Origin: Antedon mediterranea
Taxonomy: Eukaryota; Animalia; Echinodermata
Reading direction: 5' to 3'
Assembly (NCBI RefSeq): GCF_964355755.1
Contig: NC_092674.1
Location: forward strand, 1,054,001 to 1,118,000
DNA: 64,000 nt
Within the stretch, counting starts at the first letter, position 1. The number at the start of each line of letters is the position of its first letter. A model generated the notes under the pieces. The model did no database searches, was not told where the DNA came from, and saw only the letters and a list, made by a program, of their open reading frames with translations. Of this stretch, positions 13,201 to 25,182 are shown in pieces. Made by a program: the position numbers and the translations under genes.

Positions 13201-16200
13201 CGTGTAGTATCGGTACGTATATAATTCACGTATTATTTCAATACATTGATAAACCCTATCAACATACTAGAAGCTTAATATCTTTATAACAGATTCAGGA
13301 CACTTTCACCCACCATTTTGCGTGATAGGACAAACAGACGCCATATCTACATTTGATCCAACGTTACTGCACTTAGATTGGCAATTATATCATGACGAAT
13401 CTGACTACATCTTCGATATTGTTAGTGGATCACCTACCTATGCGACAACTTTAGCGGTTGATATACACAGCAACTTGTTGTTTTTTGCTGACGATTCGGT
13501 AAAGGAAATATTTTCAATAAAGATGAAAAACGGAGAGTTCCGAGTGTCAATACATAAATACACTACGGGAGTGATTGAGGGTAATTTGTTTATGTTCAGT
13601 TTAAAAGAATAGTAAGATAGTTTCTTTTATAAATGAATAGGCCTAGAAAAGTATAAAACTCATTGAAAACAAAGTAGGGTCGAGTCAATCGATTATAAAG
13701 AAGGACATTTCTCATTTCATAATTTCATACATTTCATGATTTTTATTAAAGGCATTGCAGTTGACTGGCAGTCACTTACCCTTTATTATATTGACTATGT
13801 AACCGAGAGTCGTGGATCTATGGCGTACGATGGAAAAGGTTTAACCACTAAATATGACGTCACTAAACCAACGGCCATTGCGGTGGAACCTTTCGCAAGG
13901 TATCGTAGACTTACTTCTTTACCGTACTTAAACAATACATTTTGTTCCTCAATTAATAATAGGCCTATTTATATAAAAACCAATATAAATTAACAAGCAC
14001 AGAATACATTCTAAACCGCCTGGTGATGTACTGAAAATTTGATTAATTAATTTTAAACGATAAAAATGAGTAAATCTGTAAGAATGAGAAAAGTCGCCCC
14101 AACCGAGATTCCCTGAACTTTTTGCTTGATTTGCAGTTGTCCTAACCATTTGACCAATGGGTCTTTTTCACGAAGCGAGATCACCAAAGTAGCAAAATAT
14201 CAATGGTACTCAACAGGTATATGTTTTGGACAGAAGAAACCTCACCTGCCAAGCTCGTTAGAAGTGACTTAGATTTTATGAATCGAAGAAATCTGACGGA
14301 CATAGGTCTCCAGAATCCAACAGGGATGACAATTGATCTAAAGCTGAATAGGTGAGAATTATAAAAAACATGCTAGAATATAATTTTAGACACGCGTCTA
14401 AAACTCGTTTAACAACAACTTATGCATAGGCCTACTCTTAAATATCTATTGTCCCCCCAAAACATTAAAAATTAAATAGGCCATTTCACAGTTTTATTAT
14501 AGTTCATTTACGTAGAAAAAAAACCTAAAAAAATAGAAGACATTTTTACGTATTAAAACACAAAATAAACGATTAAATTCAACCAAAATCCATTGACTTC
14601 CATTCAAGTTAACATTTTTTTCAAGATCCAATTTTTGGTCAAACTGAATAACTATTATGTAACATTAAAATGGCATATTTAATAAAAAATGTAAGGAAGG
14701 CATATCTTAAAACACATGAAAAAATAAGACCAGTTTATATATTTTTTCCCTAAAGGATCTACATTGTTGGATCAGATAGTAGACTGATATATTCAATCGA
14801 TTATTATGGAAACAATAAACAGACTATTGGAACGAGTAAATATGCTGCCATAGATATAACCAATTATCAGGTAAAATAGTCTTACCGTATCCGCTTGATT
14901 TACCTGTCCTGTTCGACATAATATTCTCAGAAAAAAATGATCTCCCATGCTAGGAAACGATATTTATCTTTTGAACAAAGAAACCATGATGAGGGTGACG
15001 TGGTTGAAATGTTAAAATAACTTAAAATAACTAAATTTTTTATCTAATATTAGGTAAAATCTGCTGGAGCTATTTTCTTAGCTTGGTCAAATTATTTAAC
15101 AGTGAAATTAATATATTTGTATAGGACTTTCTTATATTAGCTGAACCAATCAGTAGATCCACCGGAATAGTTGAAGCGATTCACAAGCCAACTGGAGAAC
15201 ACGAAGGTTCCATAATGTTGGATTCATATGTATCCGCTGTCGCCATCGCTGACGAGTCAACTCAACCAAGAACATGTAAGAATCACCATGGTCAATATAT
15301 ACTACGTAACTAATTTTCGTATAATCATGTGTGGTCAAAAAATACTTATTTATACACATATAGGTTTATTTCATATAGAGAGAAACAAGAATGACTACAG
15401 AATTTATCATATGATCATCTGTTTTTTCTTGAATATATCAAACATTGATTGGTCAAATTTAAAGGGTGTATCTTACACTATTTTTTAAATAATTTAGAAC
15501 CAAGTTTACAATCCCATTCCTTGTTGATACATCCAAGAATCAAACTGTGTACATAGGCAGGTGAATTTTCGAAAAACACAAAATAGAGGTTTCAATAAGT
15601 TTGAACGAATGGTATACACAGTATCACAATATATTTATCACAAAACATTACATAACATTTATGACTGGGACTCGTATCTGCTTTTTTTGCACTCATGTGA
15701 TAGACCATTTTTTCCAATCCGGGTTTATAATTTAAACAGTGAAAAGGCAGAGTTTCATGGTATAATATTATCAAGTAATATATATTTTAGGCCTACAGTG
15801 CTTATTTTGGTCGTCAACAAAAAAGCTTTTTTTGTCAGAAGAAATATTATTTACTGGCAACTTAAACAGTTACATTGCAGAAGTAGGGAAGTTTACTTTT
15901 CCCAACTAGAAGTATATTACGTTTAAAGTGACTGTAACTGACTCTATTCTGTTTTACAGCATCTTGGGTATTGGACGTTGAAGCGGGTAAGCATACTAAA
16001 TTGTTTTGTTTGAAAAAAAAAAACTCCAATTATTAAAACATCTACACACACATTTTTGTATGAACACTAATTAAGTCCTGTGACTTACTGTACCATTGGA
16101 AGTATAATAGTTCTGCTGCTTTTTTGTGGATTTTTACTTTTATGTTAAACCAAGACAACGAAAAGGAATAAAATTACCTTCGTGACGTTTCGCCGACAAT

Positions 16201-19200
16201 CTGTCAGCTGCTTCAGACTAATGCCTGGGTTGGAATGGTCTGGTTTTTTGTAAGTGACGCTGAACAGCGCCACCAGCCGTCTGGTTGGTATTGACGGTAG
16301 AGCGTCTCCGCTGGCCCCCTCCTGCTTCAACTTTTTCCAGCAAACTATCATATGTATGTGGGAGGTCATACCCACCAATGTCTCGTTGATATTATGTGGT
16401 CTTTTTCTTATGCAGATAGATTCTTTTATCTTTCTTTTGTCTGTCTGTGCTTCTTTTTCAATAACTCTCGCATTCCAATTTGGAATATGGTCATTCCCTA
16501 TAGCGTAGTCAGTTATGGCTGACTTATGTCGAAGAATTTCTATTTGCACGTGTTCTAACTACTTGGTTGTGTGTTGATACGTCTTTTTTATGTTCCCCAA
16601 TTCTTGTATTCAGTGCCCTTCCGGTCTCTCCTATATATACTTTCTCACAGTTTAGACAGTTCACTTCGTATATAACCCCGCACATGTCTTCTGGTGGCGC
16701 TGTTCAGCGTCACTTACAAAAAACCAGACCATTCCAACCCAGGCATTAGTCTGAAGCAGCTGACAGATTGTCGGCGAAACGTCACGAAGGTAATTTTATT
16801 CCTTTTCGTTGTCTTGGTTTAACATAAAAGTAAAAATCCACAAAAATATTATTTGGAACCAGATGAATTTATTCAATGTAATTAGTTCTGCTGCTGTTTT
16901 GAAAGTTATAATTTTATTATTACTATTGAATACATATGTAAAACCCGTTATTAACCGTATATATATAACTGATAAATTCTAAATCGGTAGAAAATGGTTT
17001 TAATGTTTCTTCCCGATAAAGAATAATACGTATATTTAAATAATTATTTGTCCACAGATAATGGAGGAGGTAACAGACTGTACTTGGCAGTGTTTGACAA
17101 AAGTGAATCTAAAGCTGCCATATTTTGGATTTCAGCTAATCCAGAATTTTATCAAAATGACACAGAATTACAATTTGGAAAAGTTTACCGAATCTTAACT
17201 TTTCTTTACACACCCAAAAATCCTAGTGCTCGGTGGTCAGCGCTGGCCGTCGATTATGACAAAGGAAACGTAACATACAGCGAGCAGGACAATAATTGGA
17301 TAGAAATAACATCTGATATTACTTCAGAATCTGGGTTTAGGACACGATCGATTGAAGGAGGTACATCTGGTAGAGTAAACGGTTTAGCGATTGACTGGTT
17401 GGCAAAAAATGTGTACTGGGTTGATGAGGGGTACAACTGGATTAAAATGACCAATTATACGTATTACGGAGAAGTGGTGATTGCTAATGTGGATCTTGAG
17501 AGACCTTCTGGTATAGCTTGTCATCCTTACAAAGGGTAAGTATTTTTTAAAAAGTAATGGTTACATTGATCAATAAATTCAACTTAGATGTCATCAGCCT
17601 GATGGCTAATATGACTTTAAATGTTTTCTTCAAAAAGTTATCTATTCTGGACCGAGTTAGGAGACCAATATCCACCTAAGATTGAAAGATCAACAATGGC
17701 GGGAAACAACCGAATTACAATCGTTGATGGGCTGACTGAACCGAGAGCTATAGCTGTCGATACGATTCTGGACAGGTAAATAAAACTTGAGTGTATTCAA
17801 AGTAAAAGAAAGAGTTAGAGTGTACCTTGTTGAATACGAATTGTTATTCATCCTCTTATCTGGGTGAGGAACTGTGAAGTTATTACAAAACAAGCGTATA
17901 TACCATACTTCAAAACATTAAAACTTTTATGTGATTTTATTAGAATTTATTGGACTGACAATACAGCAACAGAAATTAAAGTTGAATCTTCAGATCTTAA
18001 CGGTAATGGAAGACGAACAGAAGTATCGGAACCAACGTCTCTGGGTGTATTTGATAGTATTGCTGTAGATGAAGTGAGTAACATAATAATTACCAAAGTC
18101 TCTGGGTGTATTTGATAGTATTGCAGTAGATGAAGTGAGTAACATAATAATTACCAAAGTCTCTGGGTGTATTTGATAGAATTACAGTAGATGAAGTGAG
18201 TAACATAATAATTACCAAAGTCTCTGGGTGTATTTGATAGTATTGCTGTGGATGAAGTGAGTAACATAATAATTACCAAAGTCTCTGGGTGTATTTGATA
18301 GTATTGCAGTAGATGAAGTGAGTAACATAATAATTACCAAAGTCTCTGAGTGTATTTGATAGTATTGCTGTGGATGATGTGAGTAACATTATAATTACCA
18401 AAGTCTCTGGGTGTATTTGATAGTATTGCTGTAGATGAAGTGAGTAACATAATAATTACCAAAGTCTCTGGGTGTATTTGATAGTATTGCAGTAGATGAA
18501 GTGAGTAACATAATAATTACCAAAGTCTCTGGGTGTATTTGATAGTATTGCTGTGGATGAAGTGAGTAACATAATAATTACCAAAGTCTCTGGGTTTATT
18601 ATGATAGTATTGCAGCAGATGATGCGAGTAATATAGTATACAATCATTGATATTTTTTTCAAGCAGATATACAGTAATACAGTACTTATCATGTACTGTA
18701 TATCCCATTAGATTGGTTTAATTAGATTTAACCAACTTGTTTTTATCTTATAGACATATATTTTTGTCGGTGGATCGTCTTTTGAAGATTTTATGCGTTA
18801 TTATAGGAAAAAGTCTCCAAATGTATTGGTATTCGAGTATGAGTTTGGTAGCGACATTGATCTGTACGATTTATGTGTTGCTGGTCCAAACATTCAATCA
18901 CAACCTTTAACGTGTATGAAATTGTTTTTTTATAGAAATAAATTAATATTTCCTCCTACAATTTTAACTACTGTACTCTAAATGTTATACTGTGACAACT
19001 TATGACGTCACAATGTGTCTCTAAATGAGGAGTAATCAATGTGACACTACGCTTTGAATTTCTTTTCGGCAAATGTGATCCAAATGAATGATTTATTGTA
19101 AAAACTTTATCTTCAAATTACTATAAAATGCTGTTTTTATATATATTAGCTAATTATTTTGAATTACTGATTTATATTGCCTCAATTCAGTATTACTGTA

Positions 19201-22200
19201 TAGGAAGCAACTTTGGAGACGGTGTACCTGTATCAACATGCATAAACGAATTACTTTACTATTATGAATATTAATTTACTGAAAATAAGTTGTCAGTAAA
19301 ACCAAAAAATAAGGCTATTAAGAGACTCAATGCGATATACAGTTTATTGTACCTTTTATAATGTTGACTACGAAAAGGCGGAAATATCTTTCTATTTATT
19401 TTAAGTTAAGTTTTAGTTAAATTTATGATTGCTCTTTTTGTTATTTCAGCACCATGTGATGGTAATACGTGTGAACACTATTGTGTATCGGCAGCCAATA
19501 ACAACTATGAATGTTTATGCCAAAAACGATACGTCTTAAATCCGAACGGAACGTGTAGTACCGGTGCGTATTAAGTATTTAATGCATCAAATATTTAAAA
19601 TTTAATAATAAACAATACCGATTATACCACACTAATAATAACTTTAACTCTTTATTTATAGATTTATCAATATATCACCCACCATTTTGCGTGATAGGAC
19701 AAACAGACGTCATATCCGCATTTATCCCATCTTTACTGCATTATGATTGGCAATCATATCAGGACGAATCTGACTACATCTCCGATTTTTCTATTGAATC
19801 ACCTCCGTATGTGACAGCATTAACGGTTGATATACACAGTAACTTGTTGTTTTTTGCTGACGATGTTGAAAAGGAAATATTTTCTGTAAAGATGAAAGTA
19901 GGAGAATTCCCGGTTTCATTACATAGTTACAATACGGGTCAGATTGAGGGTAAACTATTTTCAGTTTATTGTTTCACGTAAAGATATCAATACAATATCA
20001 TTTATAAAAAATGATGTTATACCAAAAGGTAATAAAAAAAATGATATATAAATAAAAAAATAAAAGTCTACATTTTATTACCATCCTTTTTTAATCTAGT
20101 ATAGAGAAGAATGAAGCTACAATACTAGGCCTATATATATTTCTATGTAAATGTTGTATTATTTTCCTTCGTTAATTCATTTAAAATAGTAGGCCTATTA
20201 GGCCTAATGATTTTATGTTTTTTTATTATAGGCATGGCGGTCGACTGGCTAACACTTAGACTTTTTTATGTTGACTATGTAACTGAGAGTCGTGGATCTA
20301 TGACGTACGATGGAAAAGGTTTAGCCACTGAATATGACGTCACTAAACCAACGGCCATTGCGGTGGATCCAATCACAAGGTATCGTATACTTACATTCTT
20401 TACCATAATTCAAAACACATTTTTAACTCTCAAGATTTAAGTATAAACCAATCTATATTAATGTTACTCGACAGGTTGATGTTTTGGACAGAGGAAACCT
20501 CACCTGCCAAGCTAGTTAGAAGTGACTTAGATTTTACAAATCGAAGAGATCTGACGGACATAGGTGTCCAGAATCCAACAGGGATGACACTTGATCTAAA
20601 GCTGAATAAGTGAGAATCTAATATATACAGTAATATGCAAAAATATCACCTCACGTGACTGTGACCTGCGTCTAATAATGACTTCTGCATAAGGCCTACT
20701 TTTAAAAGGATAAGACCAAAGTTACAATTTAGATTTTATTTTTCCTAAAGGATTTATATGGTTGGATCAGATAGTAGACTGATATACTCAATCGATTATG
20801 ACGGAAACAATAAACAAACTATTGGAACGAGTAAATATGCCGCCATAGATATAACTAACTATCAGGTAATATAGCATATTGGCTTAATATTACTTTGAGA
20901 TGCGTATACCCACTCACCAGGATCTTAGGAGAACAAGTTCAATCTATTTTTAATGTAGTTATAGTTATTTATAAAAGACAAGATGTTATCAATTTAAATT
21001 TAGTACTTGATGATCTTTACATGCTGCTATGAAGTTTACTCTCAAAGATATAATTGAATATACCTTATGATGAGGGTAACAGTGACTTAATCTTAATTTA
21101 GATACATAGTAATAAAGAAAAAGCTAATTAATTACATAATATTAGGAGAGATGCTTAGTAATGTTTAATCAAATTTTCTAATACTAAAATTAATTTATTT
21201 GTATAGGACTTTCTGATATTAGCTGAACCACTCGGTATGTCAAGTGGAATAGTTGAATCGATTCACAAAGCAACAGGAGAACACGAAGGCTCTATAATGT
21301 TGAATTCTTATATCACCGCTATCGGCTTCGCTGACGAATCAACTCAACCAAGAAGTAAGAGTTTTAAATATATGCATATTTGAGCGACATGTAGACCTAC
21401 GTGCTTTAGAGAGATATTATTATTATTATTATTATTATTATTTGTAAATAATATACATTGCCAGACGCATATTTGTTTGTCTTTAGTGCTTGAAATTGAT
21501 TGTATATACTGTTTTCTTTACAGCAAATTCAATACCAGATTCAAATTCAATACCGAACATGAAATCAGGTATGCCGTTACATTTTATACTCAATTGAAAT
21601 ATATAGAAAGAAGGGTGTTGGGGACAGCTGAATGTGTTGCCTATATATGCCCTATAGATATTACTTATCAATTATTATAAAGTAAGTAAGTTAGACCTAC
21701 AATGTAATCACATTATATACAAACTTAAATGATTTTGTTGTAGAGAACAGCGGGCTGAACATTGGTGCCGTTGTTGGCGCTATAATTGCTGTCATCATCT
21801 TGATTATAATCGTTGTTGTGGTTTTTAAAAGAGGGTACGTAACATTTTAAAAGCAATTTTACAAGAACGTTTATAATCATTTCTTGTGTTTAATATTAGA
21901 ATATAGAAACATTTTCATAGGCATAATTTAATATTTTCCAGATCAAAGCAGATAAAGCGCAGCAAAGAATACAGAAAGAAACATGCATTTTCATTGTACA
22001 GAGCTAAACAGCAAGATCCAAAACAACCAACAACTAACAATCAATTGAATGGGTTAGAACAAAGTCTACCATCTATGTCGGCTAATAATGACGGAGCGAT
22101 TATTTTTTTTATCGACAAAGAACGAGATGTTACGCCAAAACTTCCAGAAAAGAAACCCAAGGAAAAAAGACCAAACCCACCACGTAGTATTCATGAATAT

Positions 22201-22947
22201 GCTGGTGTTGCAGAACCCCAGTGTACAGTAGCTGGTAATGGTGCAGCGATTGATTCTGTTATCAACAAAGAACAACGATATGTTCCGCCAAAACTTCCAG
22301 AAAAGAAACCAAAGGAAAAAAGACCAAACCCAGCACTTAGTATTCATGAATATGCTGGTGTTACAGAACCCAAGTGTACAGTAGCTGGTAATGGTGCAGC
22401 GATTGATTCTGTTATCAACAAAGAACGAGATGTTCCGCCAAAACTTCCTGAAAAGAAACCAAAGGAAAAAAGACCAAACCTACCACGTAGTATTCATGAA
22501 TATGCTGGTGTTGCAGAACCCCAGTGTACAGTAGCTGGTAATGGTGCAGCGATTGATTCTGTTATCGACAAAGAACGAGATGTTCCGCCAAAACTTCCAG
22601 AAAAGAAACTAAAGGAAAAAAGACCAAACCCACCACGTAGTATTCATGAATATGTTGGTGTTACAGAACCCCAGTGTACAGTAGTTGGTAATGGTGCAGC
22701 GATTGATTCTGTTATCAACAAAGAACGAGATGTTTCACCAGAAAGGATTTTGAACGAGAAAGGATCAAACCCACCACCTAGTGATGAAGATACTGGTTCT
22801 GCAAAGCGTCAGAGGTCAGTAGCTGATAATGAGGGAGCTATTAATTCTATCGAAACAGAACAAGGTGTTCCAAAAAGTCAGAAACATCCAATTGATAAGA
22901 ACAAACAAAATGCACATTTAATCAGTGATATTGCTAGGCCTTATTAA
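7260..22947 (+). CDS. Gene B: LRP-like receptor, signal peptide-[YWTD propeller-EGF-YWTD propeller]x2-TM-repeat-rich cytoplasmic tail
   Basis: Signal exon 7260-7317 (MFNTLLVLFLAGMLDFPYT). Module 1 exons: 7551-8028, 9639-9776, 10858-10987, 12529-12688, 13099-13212 (EGF CDGNTCQHYCVSAANNNYECLCQDNYVLNPDGTC), 13293-13580, 13752-13899, 14217-14351, 14756-14870, 15125-15275. Linker micro-exon 15960-15986. Module 2 exons: 17058-17534, 17638-17775, 17944-18073, 18754-18913, 19450-19563, 19662-19949, 20232-20379, ~20475-20609, ~20751-20865, ~21208-21354. Then 21524-21568, TM 21744-21834 and tail 21942-22947. Motifs include GLAIDWLAKNLYWVD, YLFWTE and IYWTD. Junctions are phase-compatible. It could be two genes, but I found no TM or signal exon between the modules. 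Confidence 0.8.
8540..9470 (-). mobile_element. Non-LTR retrotransposon (CR1/L2-group-like) reverse transcriptase remnant in gene B intron 2
   Basis: Frameshifted ORFs 9029-9469 (GIPQGTKLGPILFLILVN, KYVDDLT) and 8701-8988 (KLLGLIIQDDLK...YVCYIRPIL). Absent from the equivalent introns of module 2 and gene C. Confidence 0.85.
10946..12398 (+). repeat. 61-bp minisatellite, 24 units, spanning an exon 3' end and its splice donor
   Basis: Unit ccaaagtctctgggtgtatttgatagtattgcagtagatgaa|gtgagtaacataataatta. The first unit is the coding end (PKSLGVFDSIAVDE) of exon 10858-10987. Confidence 0.97.
16121..16882 (-). mobile_element. Penelope-like retroelement remnant (GIY-YIG endonuclease fragment) with inverted pseudo-LTRs
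   Basis: The minus strand encodes GVIYEVNCLNCEKVYIGETGRALNTRIGEHKK and, after a frameshift, KSAITDY...HIPNW...KRKIKESICI. About 155-bp inverted repeats at 16121-16275 and 16692-16846. 13-bp target-site duplication tagttctgctgct at 16108-16120 and 16883-16895. Confidence 0.85.
16751..16790 (+). ncRNA. Minimal hammerhead-ribozyme-like motif in the Penelope pLTR (inverted copy at ~16178-16217)
   Basis: ctgaag-ca-gctgaca-gat-tgtcggc-gaaac-gtc: CUGANG box, 7-bp stem II, GAAA box and GUC. The core deviates from canonical CUGANGA at one position. Confidence 0.5.
18031..18632 (+). repeat. 61-bp exon-end/splice-donor minisatellite, 9 units plus 1 degenerate
   Basis: Same unit as 10946-12398, at the paralogous exon end (17944-18073). 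Confidence 0.95.
22110..22790 (+). repeat. 150-bp (50-aa) coding tandem repeat, about 4.5 units, in the gene B cytoplasmic tail
   Basis: Unit DKERDVPPKLPEKKPKEKRPNPPRSIHEYAGVAEPQCTVAGNGAAIDSVI in ORF 21994-22947. Confidence 0.95.
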
Positions 22948-25182
22948 TTGATAGTCTGTGCAGTCAACTGGAAATTGGCAAACGATTGCTGTATCTAGAA
23001 AGAACAAGCTGATGTTCCGGAAATCCCAGAGCCCAATAGATTGAAGATTAGTTCCCTTTTCGACGCGATGCAACGCAAGTGAGTGATCACAAAAGCGGCC
23101 GTTAGATGATCATCTATAGCGCCATGGTGGCTGAAATAAGTGAAATTTAAAGAAATACTATTAATAACTATTAATTAACGGTTATAATTCATTCAATTAT
23201 TTTCATCTTTATGGCGAGAACTATAGTTCTTGCTGATAATAAATCGTTGGCTCTATCCAAAGGCCCTTTTTCTCCCAAGTTGTGAATATTTTGAACAGTA
23301 AATTTGTATTTCTTATATATTATTTCAAGTCTATAAATAATCGATCAATCGATACGGTTGTATTCGATATGTTTCCTTTTGTTTAGACTGTGACTCCACT
23401 TTGAAAATAAATATACAATGTAAGATAGCATTTATTGAAAATAATAAATTAAGATTTTGCAGATCCATTCTGTTATATAAATATTTTATTTCAATTTATA
23501 TCAACTCAGTTATTTAAAAACTTAAGACCTAAAGTTATAAAACTAATGTTCACGTTTGGCGCCTTAATATCGTATATTATTTGTCCCACTCGACTATCCT
23601 AGGTCTATACGTACAACTAACTTGATTTAGTGTACCTTTATTTTATGTCTATTTTTGGCCATTAACAAGTACCTTTTCGGCAATATGATAAGAAGAATTT
23701 CCTTGTAAGTAAAACTTAAGAATTCAGAATATAGTCTCAAAAAGATCGTTGACATGTTTTCGGGTAAGTTGTATATTGTAGGCCTAGGCTACCGCAGACG
23801 TAGCCTTATTAGCTACGCCAGTCTATTCAGGCATGTTGCTGTAGTCTGGCACTCTGAGTTGAGAAGAAACAAATGTTCGGACCTTTGTTAAACAAAATAC
23901 GAAATCCATTGATTAATTGGTGGAAGTGAATCGGATATTTTGAGACGAAAGTCAAATTATTTAGATTTTTATTAAGCATATACGGTATACAATGCAATTG
24001 GTTATACAGAAGAGAAAAGTAAAATGAATTGGATCCATTGCTGGATAGATACAATAATGGATACTGGAACAATTGAAATGTTCGAGCTGATTCTCGGTAG
24101 TTGAATTTTTTGGTGTAATATTTTTGTATAGTTAGTCTTTAGTTAGCAATATATATATGTAGCTTTTTAAGTCTTCTTTTGTAGTTCATTTTGATGGGAG
24201 AATTACAATGAATAGGTATGGGATGGTTTTTTTTATTAAAAAAATACTATTAATCATCGTAATTGATTCAAATTTATTTCATCTTTTTGACAAGAAATAG
24301 TTTTTGCTGATTTGTTATTCTTTATCCAAAGGCATAACGATGGATCTTCTTTACCAAGTTGTGACATTGAACATTTTGAACATTTTATTGACTGTGTCAC
24401 ATTCATTTTCCTTGAAAGACGTGCATTATGTGAGTTTGTGTACCTGAAGTCTTGCTGTTTAGGCCCTAAATTGTTTTCTACTATCAGTAGGACGAAACAT
24501 CTGACTATACATCAACTGGATTTGGTAATAATAATAATATTTATTCTGTCACAAATGAAAAATGAAGCCCAAACAGTTAAAATATATATACAAGTAAAAA
24601 ACAAATTGTAATACAAATAAAACTATACATAACATGAAATAAACTGTTTTGTTAAAGCAGCCTTAAATATTGAAATTGTTTGTGTACTCATTTATACTAT
24701 AATTATTTCTTGTAAAATGACGTAAAGTAAAGTATAGGGCAAACAATCTGAAAAACCGACATTTATTTTATATTATGCTTTATTTAATAAATAATACTCA
24801 ATGATGATTTGTCTCTTTTAAGTCATTGTTGTTTTACAGATGGATCGATCTGCTCTGAAGTGTTCTTGTATATTGATGGTGAAAGAACAGAGAAGGCACA
24901 AATATGATTTAATTTCAGTACATTCTCAACTTTGTTGCTGTATCCCCTTAAATTATGTTCACCTCCATTACCTTCACACGATCCCAATCCTGTTTTATGC
25001 TCTGATAGGTTTCTGTCGCTATCCGTGGATAAAATACCTGAAATTATTGGCTATTGTTATTATTCATATCAATAGGCCAATTTGTCGACCCACCCTTTCT
25101 GTGGATTATAGGTACTGTATACAATTCGTTTTTAGTATAACACACAAACCAAGTTTATACGTACCTGTGTGTTACCTTCATC

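Noticed and set aside
22948-23082. Extension of the gene B tail past the stop (KEQADVPEIPEP... resembles the repeat start)
   Set aside because: Two in-frame stops intervene and I found no convincing phase-compatible splice. At most it is decayed coding sequence.
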